Translations under genes and position numbers: made by a program | From: a bacterium | Lineage (GTDB): Bacteria > SZUA-182 > DTGQ01 | Direction: 5' to 3' | Length of the DNA stretch: 27,582 nucleotides | Assembly (NCBI GenBank): GCA_040752695.1 | Contig: JBFMGO010000083.1 | Span: 1-27,582, forward strand | The notes under the pieces: generated by a model | The model's database searches: none | Told to the model about the DNA's origin: nothing | What the model saw: the letters and a program-made list of their open reading frames with translations, nothing else | Part shown: positions 16,701 through 25,061 of the stretch, piece after piece | Layout of the letters: every line of letters begins with the position of its first letter | How positions within the stretch are numbered: position 1 is the stretch's first letter

Positions 16701-17723
16701 AAGGCCCTGATGCGAGTCCCGGCTAAGCGCCTGGACTGGGACACTCAAGGAATGAACATCACCCTCATTCCTGATTCTCTGGACCGCTATGAGGCGCTGT
16801 GCTACGGGTGTCATGGAGATCCTTCCATAGTCAATAATTATGGAGAGGGCGGTTCTTTATTGAATCCATCGGAAAAGAATTTTCATAGTCATCGATTCGC
16901 CTGCAAGCCTGAAAAAGGTAGCAATACTCTTTTTAATCTCGGCAGGCGTATAGATCAATTCCCAATAGGTGATGGTCAGCCTGGTGCACCTGGCGGAGTA
17001 AGGGATGATTACGGTACGGTGGCAGGGCAGATCTACTGCGGTACGTGCCACGATGTGCACGACAATGGCAAGCCGCCTTATTTGTACCGTCTGAGTGCGG
17101 ATGATATGGCTTCGCCATATAAGTCTGATGATACAGGCATTACAGTGTCATCCCAGGCCGAAAGGGAGGGTTTTTGCGAGCAGTGCCATTGTACTCCAGA
17201 TAATCCTGACCCAATGGGGGAAGGTGTAACTCACCCTGTTGGGGAAAAAGTAATCCCCAATCCTCCCACCCTGTCACCATTTCCTGAAACATTTTATGGC
17301 GGAGGAAGCGGATCGGAGAGGGGCATTACCTATGGAAATTTCAAAAATGGCAACCGGCAAGGGGTAATATGCCTGACCTGTCACAATGTCCATGCAGCCA
17401 CGACTCCCTGGAGCGGGACTGTCGGCTCCACAACGGCTGAGCCGAACCTTCATGGTTATTTGCTCGTTGAGGATAATTATCAGGGACCTCCGGGCAGTAA
17501 TATGTGCCTGAGCTGCCATGACAGCGAGCAGCGCTGCAATGGAGACGCTAACCAGGATGGCGGGGTGACTCCTGCTGATGCTTTACTGATTTTCAAGTGC
17601 TACCTTGATATCGGCATCTGTCCTTCACAGTGCGCAGATGTGAATAAAGATGGCGGGGTGACTCCTGCTGATGCTTTATGCATTTTTAAACGCTACCTTG
17701 GATTACCCAGTTGTCTGGATTAG
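13749..17723 (+). CDS. Secreted giant multiheme c-type cytochrome (25 heme motifs) with C-terminal dockerin-like domain
   Basis: GTG start after AAGGAGG; N-terminal signal peptide (KGKK plus hydrophobic stretch); 23 CxxCH and 2 CAVSGCH (CX4CH) counted by eye; C-terminal GDANQDGGVTPADAL...ADVNKDGGVTPADAL. Confidence 0.92.
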   Translation: MCKGKKIPLVTIGVSFLVFFCFPLRVYSFDGSLPIYKSDTCRECHCNPELPSPLPPQIRKDHGNHPSGRKWADTSCAVSGCHSSGSCTDKFRLDGYEHNDSEVSFWQLKPLPFHERKFDCISCHSSHHENNGEDPLVLNGNPSHLLYADFQNDNPAFCEYCHGGCKASPKGALSHLAANNGKHYKTIDNSPIVRTTITAAGEKVVRRCGGCMFCHFIHLDQDDPRDVPKTSWPEDKAGETFIQADINALMRVPPRPLEWGNQGTPSGSNPIGRYEALCYGCHGYPAIVGGYGENGSLLKPEGMNFSHRFACKPSSENTITNTGVGAGKFPLADGKPGAPGGIMDDYGTAAGQIYCGTCHDVHNNQKPPYLYQLSPYDVASPYKSDDGGSVVTSQAARDGFCEQCHCSVDNPDPMHRGATHPVGKRVLPLPPKTVEKFTDIFFCGGSGLPYGITYSQSGGKGGVICLTCHNVHAASTSWNGTVPGETTSAGRPGTHGRLLVKDNNASPPGGNLCQGCHNRFSVDGSPLYGGHLCTQRDTGEEIQVCAACHRPHGAKGNKIWARDLSPAGTEIKTKDLCVSCHHRPNNEFCKISSGLTFRDKGGTPQWDGIPSKDSSYNNKNGNVFELQRGETDRSADHVMGEKARRGVEGTSMTAEVPHELRHFSEDEGFYCGSCHDPHKQPNGKIDGNGDYLRVMYGVDAGTTHNRRKFCRQCHPSKGARIRIHDEGSDPQCEACHRPHDGYKYENDDDPRERLIFVDYLPLTEPFQFPYTPELFDLSSQTSVFYKSTHCTSCHLSYKDPDGRSLWPCAPKLSKTRGHHPMGRPWQKTSCAVSGCHTVNLPAALGLFRLDGYARTADGQVQDPLPDSDPRKIFSCISCHAAHTDAVPGNEKFLLYDNFKDDATAYCEHCHTSASESTARSRFTPHAKTKEVLRGKHLQSKSTSPNGRGGCMFCHFTHLNDTNDLGGRSRALPEKARVSQVPTQIKALMRVPAKRLDWDTQGMNITLIPDSLDRYEALCYGCHGDPSIVNNYGEGGSLLNPSEKNFHSHRFACKPEKGSNTLFNLGRRIDQFPIGDGQPGAPGGVRDDYGTVAGQIYCGTCHDVHDNGKPPYLYRLSADDMASPYKSDDTGITVSSQAEREGFCEQCHCTPDNPDPMGEGVTHPVGEKVIPNPPTLSPFPETFYGGGSGSERGITYGNFKNGNRQGVICLTCHNVHAATTPWSGTVGSTTAEPNLHGYLLVEDNYQGPPGSNMCLSCHDSEQRCNGDANQDGGVTPADALLIFKCYLDIGICPSQCADVNKDGGVTPADALCIFKRYLGLPSCLD
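13941..17519 (+). repeat. Intragenic duplication of a 9-heme module (about 13941-15299 and 16203-17519)
   Basis: Both copies run from HPxGRxWxxTSCAVSGCH through GGCMFCHF, RYEALCYGCHG, DDYGTxAGQIYCGTCHDVH, GFCEQCHC and GVICLTCHNVHAA to PPGxNxCxxCH. Confidence 0.9.
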
Positions 17724-17838
17724 GGAGCTTATACCATTTCTCAATTAAATTAAAGCATTAGCAGCATTAACAAAATAAGGGTAGCCAGTTAAAGATTCAA
17801 TAAACTTGGCAGGGAAACTATTTAAGATACCAGCAACT

Positions 17839-18618
17839 CTAACTGGTGCGTGTCCCCGCCAATATGCGCAGGGCTTCTATGGCCACGCGTATGGTTTTTT
17901 CTTCGGCAGTGGGGATGATCTTTTCCTGGATGTGATTTTCGATCAGGCGGTTTGTTATGACTCCCAGAATGCATCCAGCGCGAAGCCCGAAGGTGCTGCA
18001 CACCGTAAAGAGGGTTGATGATTCCATTTCATAGTTGAGGACACCCAGTCTTTGCCACTCCATGAGGCTTCCTTGAAACTTCCTGAGGACACATCCGGAA
18101 AAGGTATCATACCGCTCCTGACCGGGATAAAAGCTGTCTGAGGAGGCGCTGATGCCTGCATGGCAAGGGACAGCCAAAGACCTGGCTGCTGTAATCAGGG
18201 CCTGAACGATCCCGAAATCGGCTGCGGCCGGGTACTCGATTGGTGCGTAATGGGTGGATGTGCCGTCCAGCCTGACCGAGGCCGTGGTGATAATGACATC
18301 TTCAAGGTGGATATGCTTTTGGATGGCGCCGGTAGTGCCGATGCGGATGAAGGTATCCACTCCGAGCATGGCCAGTTCCTCGACCACGATGGCGGTTGAC
18401 GGCCCCCCGATGCCGGTGGAAACGGCCAGTATGGGAAGCTCGTCCAGGTATCCGAGCCAGGAGGTGAACTCCCGGTGGCTGGCAAGCGGCCTGGCCTTTT
18501 GGTCATAGGAGCAGGCAATCTTGGCCACCCTTCCGGGATCACCTGGCAAGAGGGCGTATCGCGCCCCCTCCAGCATCTGTTTATCAAGATTGAGATGATA
18601 GAGCACTTTCATCCCCAC
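17839..18618 (-). CDS. udp: Uridine phosphorylase
   Basis: LPGDPGRV, STGIGGPS, FIRIGTTGAIQ, FYPGQER, NYEMES. Confidence 0.93.
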   Translation of the reverse strand: MGMKVLYHLNLDKQMLEGARYALLPGDPGRVAKIACSYDQKARPLASHREFTSWLGYLDELPILAVSTGIGGPSTAIVVEELAMLGVDTFIRIGTTGAIQKHIHLEDVIITTASVRLDGTSTHYAPIEYPAAADFGIVQALITAARSLAVPCHAGISASSDSFYPGQERYDTFSGCVLRKFQGSLMEWQRLGVLNYEMESSTLFTVCSTFGLRAGCILGVITNRLIENHIQEKIIPTAEEKTIRVAIEALRILAGTRTS

Positions 18619-18636
18619 TCGGTTATCCTCGCTCGA

Positions 18637-20211
18637 TTATCCTTTCGGGCCATACTGAACGAGGTGCTCCACGCCGGAGAAACGGGAAAAATTTTTCCTG
18701 AACTTCTCGGCCAGGGCTTTCGCCTGCTGATCATAGGCAGCCTTATCGGCCCAGGTGGATTTGGGGTCAAGGATCTCTCTGGGAACGTTGGGGCAGGACT
18801 GGGGCACCAGGAGATTAAAGATCGGGTTCAGTTTGTACTCTGCATGATCAAGGGCACCGGCCAAAGCGGCATTGATCATGGCCCTTGAGTAGGCGATCTT
18901 GATTCTTGATCCGACGCCATAAGGCCCGCCGGTCCATCCGGTATTGATCAGCCAGACGCGGGGTTTATGTCTGGCAATTTTTTCTCCCAGCATCTCGGCA
19001 TAGATGGAAGGGGACAGGGGGAGAAAGGGCGCGCCGAAGCAGTTCGAGAAGTCTGCCTGGGGCTCAACGATACCCACCTCGGTACCGGCGACCTTGGCCG
19101 TATAGCCGGAGATAAAGTGATACTGAGCCTGTCCCTGCTCGAGTCTGCTCACGGGCGGAAGCACGCCATAGGCATCGCAGGTCAGGAAGAAGATATTTTT
19201 GGGATGACCGCCGGTTCCATGGGGTACGGCACCTTCAACATAATGGATAGGAAAGGCTCCACGGGTATTTTCCGTGATGGATAAATCGTTATAGTCAGGC
19301 ATCCTGCTCTGCTCGTCCACGATTACGTTTTCCAGGATAGAGCCGAAGGTGGTGGAGTTCCAGATCATTGGTTCGGACTCTTTTTGCAGCCTGATATATT
19401 TGGGATAGAGTCCTCCCTCTAAATTGAAAATGCCCTCATCATCCCAGCCATGCTCGTCATCGCCGATCAATTTGCGTTCAGGGTCCGCTCCCAGCGTGGT
19501 CTTGCCGGTGCCGCTCAGACCGAAGAGAATGGCCACATCGCCCATCTTGCCTACATTGGCACTGCAGTGCATGCTCAGGATATTCCTCTCAGGCAAAAGG
19601 AGGTTACAGATATAAAAGATGATTTTTTTCATTTCACCGCCATAGGCAGTCCCGATAATATAGACCACCTTTTCGGTCAGATCGGCCACCACCGCCACCT
19701 TGGAGTTCAGTTCCTTGAGCTGGGGGGCCTCCATATCGGCGCAATTGATAATGGTCCACTCGGGTTTGAAGCTCTTAAGATCTTCTTCTGTCGGACGTAC
19801 AAAGAGATGATGGGCAAACAGGGCATGCCAGGCCTTGACCGCAATGACCCTTAAGGGAATTCTATGGGTCTTTTTGGCTCCGGCGTAACCGTCGAAGATG
19901 AAAAGGTCATGGTTCTGGAGGTTAACCTGGATTGCACGGTAGAGTTTATCCTTGACCTCCCTGGAGATGAGGACATTGCGCTTTCCCCAGTCTATCTTAT
20001 CGTGATAGGGGGAGCCCTCAACGATGTAGCGGTCCTGCGGGGAACGTCCTGTTCTTTGACCGGTTCGTACACACAGAGCGCCATTGGCCGCCAGGAACCC
20101 CTCCCCCCGGCGGATTGACGTCTCTACCAGGTAAGCAGGAGACAGATTGCGAAAAACATATCCAATGTTCCGGATGCCGTAGCATTGACTCAATTCTTGC
20201 AACAACTTCAT
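18637..20211 (-). CDS. pckA: Phosphoenolpyruvate carboxykinase (ATP)
   Basis: TGRSPQD, GTAYGGEMKK, MHCSAN, FGLSGTGKTTL, LIGDDEHGW, TENTRG, FISGYTAKVAGTE. Confidence 0.96.
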   Translation of the reverse strand: MKLLQELSQCYGIRNIGYVFRNLSPAYLVETSIRRGEGFLAANGALCVRTGQRTGRSPQDRYIVEGSPYHDKIDWGKRNVLISREVKDKLYRAIQVNLQNHDLFIFDGYAGAKKTHRIPLRVIAVKAWHALFAHHLFVRPTEEDLKSFKPEWTIINCADMEAPQLKELNSKVAVVADLTEKVVYIIGTAYGGEMKKIIFYICNLLLPERNILSMHCSANVGKMGDVAILFGLSGTGKTTLGADPERKLIGDDEHGWDDEGIFNLEGGLYPKYIRLQKESEPMIWNSTTFGSILENVIVDEQSRMPDYNDLSITENTRGAFPIHYVEGAVPHGTGGHPKNIFFLTCDAYGVLPPVSRLEQGQAQYHFISGYTAKVAGTEVGIVEPQADFSNCFGAPFLPLSPSIYAEMLGEKIARHKPRVWLINTGWTGGPYGVGSRIKIAYSRAMINAALAGALDHAEYKLNPIFNLLVPQSCPNVPREILDPKSTWADKAAYDQQAKALAEKFRKNFSRFSGVEHLVQYGPKG

Positions 20212-20281
20212 GGATTACTCCTCCCTTTATTGCCTGATGGCGTAATGGCGTAGTACTGTCTTGTGTTCTGATTTTCGATAA

Positions 20282-20307
20282 TCCCTGGAGGGAATTTCTT
20301 CCAGGGA
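20282..20307. other. Intergenic hairpin upstream of pckA
   Basis: TCCCTGGA...TCCAGGGA inverted repeat between the deacylase stop and the pckA RBS; no U-tract, so a stabilising or processing role is more likely than termination. Confidence 0.45.
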
Positions 20308-20315
20308 GGGAGCGC

Positions 20316-21377
20316 TTAGTTCTCAACACTTTTCTTTATGGTCTGCCAGAGGTCATTTTCGACCATGTGAGCATTTGGCAGGAAATCGACATACAGGGAA
20401 TGACGGTCCTGGTTCTCTCTATCGAAAGGAACAATCATACAGAGCCTGGTTCCTGAGCGGATGATCGATTGATGAGTGATTCCGGTAACGATACCTTCGA
20501 GTGGAGACAAAATATTTCCCGAGTCGAAGCTCATGGGGTCCATGATATCTCCGATTTTTTTCCCCTGATGAACTATCTGGCCAAGGTGGATGTCCGGCTT
20601 GAAGATGCCGCCGCTTGGGCTTCGAATCCATTCCTCGTTGGATTTGAGAAGGATCTGAAATTTGGGAATGAGGGCCACTCCTTTAATCATACCCAGAACC
20701 TTCATGACGTTTTCACAGGCACATAAGCCAACCTTGACGTTGTTGCTGCTGATCAGTCCTGCTGCTCCGATCTCGATGGTCAGACACCGGATGCCGATTT
20801 TGGCTGCCTCCACTTGCAGCATACCATTGACTGCCGGTCCCTGCCAGATGACATTAATGCCGGTGGAATTCATGAATTGGTTATGGGCTTCATCCATGCC
20901 GGATTCCGAGCGCAGACGGATATGGGGAATCATCTCGTCCGGGAATTCGGCTGAGTGCAGGTCGATGATATAGTCAGCATGAGGGACGATGTTTTCAAAG
21001 AAAAAATGGGCTACCCGCTCGGTCAGCGTTCCATTCCGGTCTCCGGGGAATACCCGGTTCATATCCTGCCGGTCGATAGGATCCCAGCGATTGCCTGCAT
21101 TAAAGCCCATCGGGTTGACTACGGGGACTGCCAGAACAGTGCCGCACAGTTTTTGTGGGTTGATTTTATCAACCAGTTTTCTGATAACTTCAACTCCAAC
21201 CACCTCGTTTCCGTGGACCGCTGCGTTGAGCAAAAGGGTTGGGCCAGGGCGGCATCCATAGATACCGAAAAAACCAAGGAAAATTTCCTGCCGGTAGGCG
21301 TTTTCGGCGATAATGAATCGCCGGTACTCTTTGGTCCCGGGTTTAGGAGTGAAGAGTGAGTCCTGCTTTGACACCAT
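20316..21377 (-). CDS. Succinylglutamate desuccinylase/aspartoacylase (AstE/AspA, M14-like) family zinc deacylase
   Basis: AAVHGNE, DMNRVFPG, IDLHS, TIEIG; C-terminal barrel-sandwich (RSPSGG...SPLEGIV). Confidence 0.88.
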   Translation of the reverse strand: MVSKQDSLFTPKPGTKEYRRFIIAENAYRQEIFLGFFGIYGCRPGPTLLLNAAVHGNEVVGVEVIRKLVDKINPQKLCGTVLAVPVVNPMGFNAGNRWDPIDRQDMNRVFPGDRNGTLTERVAHFFFENIVPHADYIIDLHSAEFPDEMIPHIRLRSESGMDEAHNQFMNSTGINVIWQGPAVNGMLQVEAAKIGIRCLTIEIGAAGLISSNNVKVGLCACENVMKVLGMIKGVALIPKFQILLKSNEEWIRSPSGGIFKPDIHLGQIVHQGKKIGDIMDPMSFDSGNILSPLEGIVTGITHQSIIRSGTRLCMIVPFDRENQDRHSLYVDFLPNAHMVENDLWQTIKKSVEN

Positions 21378-22428
21378 ACGATTCTCTTTGCTTTTGAACC
21401 TTTTGATTTATAGTACCCAAAAAGTTATTTCTCGATTCAGGGGTATTTTCCAGAAACTGTACTTCGAGTTTTGACCGCAGTTCCTCCATAGACAGAGAGT
21501 TGGCTATGATCAAGCCGGATATGAATTCCGGAGCGAGGCCATACTGCTGCTTAAGGTAGTGTATTGCACCATACGCATCAACACTGCTGCTGGCAGCCAA
21601 GGCAAAAAGCGAGATGTCATTCATGATAGATGGACAACGCAAAACCATCTCGGTTTCCCTCTGAAATATTCCATCCGCCACTTCCATGATCAGAAATTCA
21701 CAGCCGCTCAGGCTGAAGTATCTTTTAAATACCTTGAAAATAGATTCCAGATCCGTCAAAGAGCATTGGTATGTTGCAGGATACCCGATGTCCATAAAGT
21801 CCAGAACGGCATGGGCACCGTAAGCCTTCATGCAAAGGATGTCTTTCATCCGGGAAGTCCCGGTGAGTTTTCCCCCGCCGACCCTGAATCCGTTGTTAGT
21901 GAGAATATCGATGATTCGTCCGGCAGTGAGCGTTTTTCCGCAATCCATATCTGATCCGAAAACAGCGATAATTTTCAAGGCAGACCGCTTTTCCTGCGTG
22001 GTTATTCCAAAGTGCGCGGTATTCAATTTTTTCCCCTGATCATCGACTGCATGGCCGAGGTAAATCAATTTCGTGGGTGCCTTGGCCACCGTGTTCCGAC
22101 TCAGTGCCTCCCCGGCGATTCCTCCGACATTCAGGAGGTCAAACTCTGCGCCCTGCACCAGCTTGCGGGGCACTCCTCCATGAAATTCCCGTGTGGAGTA
22201 CCTTCTGCCCAGAACGACGGCTACCACGTCTCCGATCTGCAAGGTCATCTCCCTGCCTTCCGGCTCCTCAAACCTGGTATGCTGGCCAAGCTCGGAGACT
22301 TCTCCGATGACCACATCCCCACTTTCCGGGTTGCAGCCAAAGCCTGCATCTGTTTCTTGAGGTGAGGAAAGGGAATAGACTCTCCGTGTCGAAGAGGAAC
22401 GGATGTTTATATGATACCGTATGGACAT
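21343..22428 (-). CDS. DUF1611-like P-loop protein
   Basis: VFGSDMDCGKT P-loop variant, KLTGT, VLDFMDIGYPATY, MEVADGIFQRET. Start uncertain (ATG 22428 or TTG 22470). Confidence 0.7.
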   Translation of the reverse strand: MSIRYHINIRSSSTRRVYSLSSPQETDAGFGCNPESGDVVIGEVSELGQHTRFEEPEGREMTLQIGDVVAVVLGRRYSTREFHGGVPRKLVQGAEFDLLNVGGIAGEALSRNTVAKAPTKLIYLGHAVDDQGKKLNTAHFGITTQEKRSALKIIAVFGSDMDCGKTLTAGRIIDILTNNGFRVGGGKLTGTSRMKDILCMKAYGAHAVLDFMDIGYPATYQCSLTDLESIFKVFKRYFSLSGCEFLIMEVADGIFQRETEMVLRCPSIMNDISLFALAASSSVDAYGAIHYLKQQYGLAPEFISGLIIANSLSMEELRSKLEVQFLENTPESRNNFLGTINQKVQKQRESYGVKAGLTLHS

Positions 22429-22479
22429 AAAGCAGTTTTCCGACTGTTGTGCAATCGCCTTTTCGTACAATCGTTTTAA

Positions 22480-23373
22480 TTATACTTGATTGTCTTTATA
22501 TGTCAAGGAGGGAAGATCCAGTATCCTCTCGAGAGATTCAAGCAGGCAGGTAACAGGAAGACCGACGATATTGGTATAACACCCTTTAACCTGAGTGACA
22601 AAGCGGGCTCCTGTGCCCTGAATCCCGTAGGCCCCGGCTTTATCCATCGGCTCCTGGCTGACAATATAATCGTCGATTTCGTCCTTACTCAAGGTCCGAA
22701 AGGAAACCTTCGATTCAACGGATTCCAAAATCCTGCGGCCGCTTCTGGTATCGATGACGGCAAGCCCGGTGATGACCGTATGAGTGTTGCCGCTTAAGAG
22801 GCCGAGCATTTCCCTGGCATCTTGTTCATCCCTTGGCTTGCCAAGAACCTTCCCGTCGAGAACGACGATCGTGTCAGCTCCGATTATGATTCCGCTGCGC
22901 CTGCGGCCAGCCACAGCCTCGGCCTTGAGCAGGGCCCAGGTGCGTGCTTTCTCTTCGGGCAGTCCCGGTACGTCATTCTCCTCCACCTGACTGGGAATAA
23001 CCTCGAATTTCAGACCCAGAAGGTGCAACAGCTCTTTTCTGCGCGGTGAAGCGGAAGCCAGAAGGAGGGGGAAATGTTCACCAGGGAAGTTTTCATCGAG
23101 GTGCCGGTTTATCCGTCCGGCCCGGCTGGTTTGGTCGGCCAGGTCAGCTTGGGTGGCCCGGTCGGCTTGGGTTGTCTGGGTTGTCTGGTCAGCCTGGGTT
23201 GTCTTGTCGGCTTGGCCGGCCTGGTTGGTTTGATTCATTCGGGCAGTTCGATTGATATCGTAAGGTATCTTCAAAATGATAATTACCTCGTTCGTGTAAT
23301 TCTCTCCGAGATGGTCGAGCATGTTGTACTGGGCAGATGGTTGAGCATTATGCATATTTCGCCTACTATACAT
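22480..23373 (-). CDS. maf: Maf-family nucleotide pyrophosphatase (YhdE-type) with repetitive N-terminal extension
   Basis: LLLASASPRRKELL, GADTIV, GKP, DKAGAYGIQG, NIVGLP. Start uncertain: ATG 23373 (TGATG overlap with the upstream gene) or ATG 23238. Confidence 0.88.
   Translation of the reverse strand: MYSRRNMHNAQPSAQYNMLDHLGENYTNEVIIILKIPYDINRTARMNQTNQAGQADKTTQADQTTQTTQADRATQADLADQTSRAGRINRHLDENFPGEHFPLLLASASPRRKELLHLLGLKFEVIPSQVEENDVPGLPEEKARTWALLKAEAVAGRRRSGIIIGADTIVVLDGKVLGKPRDEQDAREMLGLLSGNTHTVITGLAVIDTRSGRRILESVESKVSFRTLSKDEIDDYIVSQEPMDKAGAYGIQGTGARFVTQVKGCYTNIVGLPVTCLLESLERILDLPSLTYKDNQV
23107..23232 (-). repeat. 14 degenerate 9-bp tandem units encoding (Q/R)-(A/T)-(D/T/G)-type tripeptides
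   Basis: Units CAAACCAAC CAGGCCGGC CAAGCCGAC AAGACAACC CAGGCTGAC CAGACAACC CAGACAACC CAAGCCGAC... give QTNQAGQADKTTQADQTTQTTQADRATQADLADQTSRAGRIN. Confidence 0.85.
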
Positions 23374-24422
23374 CAAACGACCAGATTTCTCAGGTAGCGA
23401 TTCCTATAAAGCAATACTATCGATAAAAGCGCAAAGATATAAGCGGCAATCGGATAGATGATGACCCAAGATGTACTGAAAAACAAAGGCTTAAGTGGTT
23501 TAAGCATATTTATAAACAGAATATGCGATACATATACTCCCAAGGTATATTTTCCCAGCGCGGGGAGATACGTACATTCTAAGAAGTCCTTTTTAGCGAG
23601 GGCAAAAAGCATAACGCCAGTACCATAAAGCAGCGTCCCTATCAAACAATCATGAAACAGGGGAGTTACATTGTAAAATTTATAGAGCAATAAGGCCTCT
23701 GTCGTATGCAGCAAAAATCCTACGGACGAAATTATACAGGCGGTAGATGCTTTTACAAAAAACTCGTTCTGTGACAACCACCAACCGATTGCAACAAAAA
23801 TTGTACTAAAAAAGGGGCCATTTCGTGTATTGAACGGGAATTGAAATCCAAGTGGGGTAAGGGAATAAGCACCTCCGAGTAAGCCAAAAACATAAAGGGA
23901 AATCGATACCATGGGAACTGTTTTATCCAAACCATGAGAAATCAGCACCGTCAAGATACCAAGGGCAATTATCAGGGATACGAGAAACCAGAGGTGACCT
24001 GATGTCCCTTCTAACAAAAGTCTCCCTGGGTGATCGATTATCCAATAATGAACTTTACTATAGAGTGCTCCTGATAAACCCTTTTCAGCGATTTCTTGAA
24101 GACTTATTGAGATAATGAAATAGATAATTGACCATTTAACTAAAATACCTGACAGGCGCCTGGCATACCGAATAAAAAGAGGTCTTGCCCCGATACCTGA
24201 CTGCAATTTTTTTCCGAAGAAATATCCAGAAGCTATAAAAAAGAAGGGTACCGCAAAACGTGCTCCTTGATTGGTAACAATTGCGAGCAGCCTGGATAGC
24301 TCTCCCTTATATTCATTGATATTTAATGTCATACTATGCAGGTAGACTACAGCAAAGATAGCCAGGACCCTCATCGAATCAATACTGGCAATGTATAAAC
24401 TTTTTTCTTTTTCTTCCTGCAT
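23373..24422 (-). CDS. Acyltransferase family 3 (Acyl_transf_3) membrane protein
   Basis: IDSMRVLAIFAVVYLH, RFAVPFFFIASGYF, HLWFL, LGKYTLGVYVSH; multiple transmembrane segments; ATG 24422 assumed. Confidence 0.88.
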   Translation of the reverse strand: MQEEKEKSLYIASIDSMRVLAIFAVVYLHSMTLNINEYKGELSRLLAIVTNQGARFAVPFFFIASGYFFGKKLQSGIGARPLFIRYARRLSGILVKWSIIYFIISISLQEIAEKGLSGALYSKVHYWIIDHPGRLLLEGTSGHLWFLVSLIIALGILTVLISHGLDKTVPMVSISLYVFGLLGGAYSLTPLGFQFPFNTRNGPFFSTIFVAIGWWLSQNEFFVKASTACIISSVGFLLHTTEALLLYKFYNVTPLFHDCLIGTLLYGTGVMLFALAKKDFLECTYLPALGKYTLGVYVSHILFINMLKPLKPLFFSTSWVIIYPIAAYIFALLSIVLLYRNRYLRNLVV

Positions 24423-24689
24423 GAACGTATGTTTGATAGTAATAGACCCGTGAAACGGCGGTAAGGCAACGTCTTCTAACAACGTACCTTATGTCCAAAA
24501 ATACAAAGCTGCGAACCTGTAAAAGAGTATATAAGCCTGAGAGGAAAAGGTCAACGGTTGTTTTTCAACCATAAGATCAAGCCCGAACTGAGAGGGTTCC
24601 CCGAAGGAAATAGAGAGCAATGCAATTCCGGGTACGAGCGAATCTTTATCATCAGCTAGTGCCTTGTCAAGTCTGATTATGATGCGTAA

Positions 24690-24716
24690 CTGGATTCCCG
24701 CTTTCGCGGGAATGAC
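24690..24716 (-). repeat. REP-like palindrome GTCATTCCCGCGAAAGCGGGAATCCAG
   Basis: ATTCCCGC-GAAA-GCGGGAAT hairpin matching the widespread ATTCCC-N8-GGGAAT (dRS3-like) repeat class; single copy in the window. Confidence 0.8.
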
Positions 24717-24999
24717 GCTGGGTAAATTGACCCCCACAGGTTTTTTCCTTTACCTATCAATTGCGATTTGACAGGGTACTAGAGTATCAGCAGCCCATAT
24801 GCTGTTGAGATGCCATATCCCGGCTATTGGACGGAGATAACGGGCTTGCGATGTCGAAGAGGCATTGCGAGCCGCTGAACAAACAATTACGATGGGCTCA
24901 GAGCGTGTTATAAGAAAGCATTGGAACCTCTTCCGGGATTGGCTGTCCTTAAGGAATGAATTCAAGGATAGAATTTACCTGAAAAACTTTGGCAGTCTG

Positions 25000-25031
25000 A
25001 AAAAAAAAGCAGGCCCCTAAAAGGGGCCTGC
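25000..25031 (-). terminator. Rho-independent terminator after the alkaline phosphatase gene
   Basis: 10-bp stem GCAGGCCCCT/AGGGGCCTGC, 3-nt loop, followed by 9 U on the minus strand. Confidence 0.9.
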
Positions 25032-25061
25032 CTTGAGCGTTCGGTTTTTCGCAGCCCGCAA

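Noticed and set aside
24489..24965. Short ORFs 24489..24737 and 24750..24965
   Set aside because: No family motifs or clear RBS; the first merely translates the REP-like palindrome (VIPAKAGIQ).
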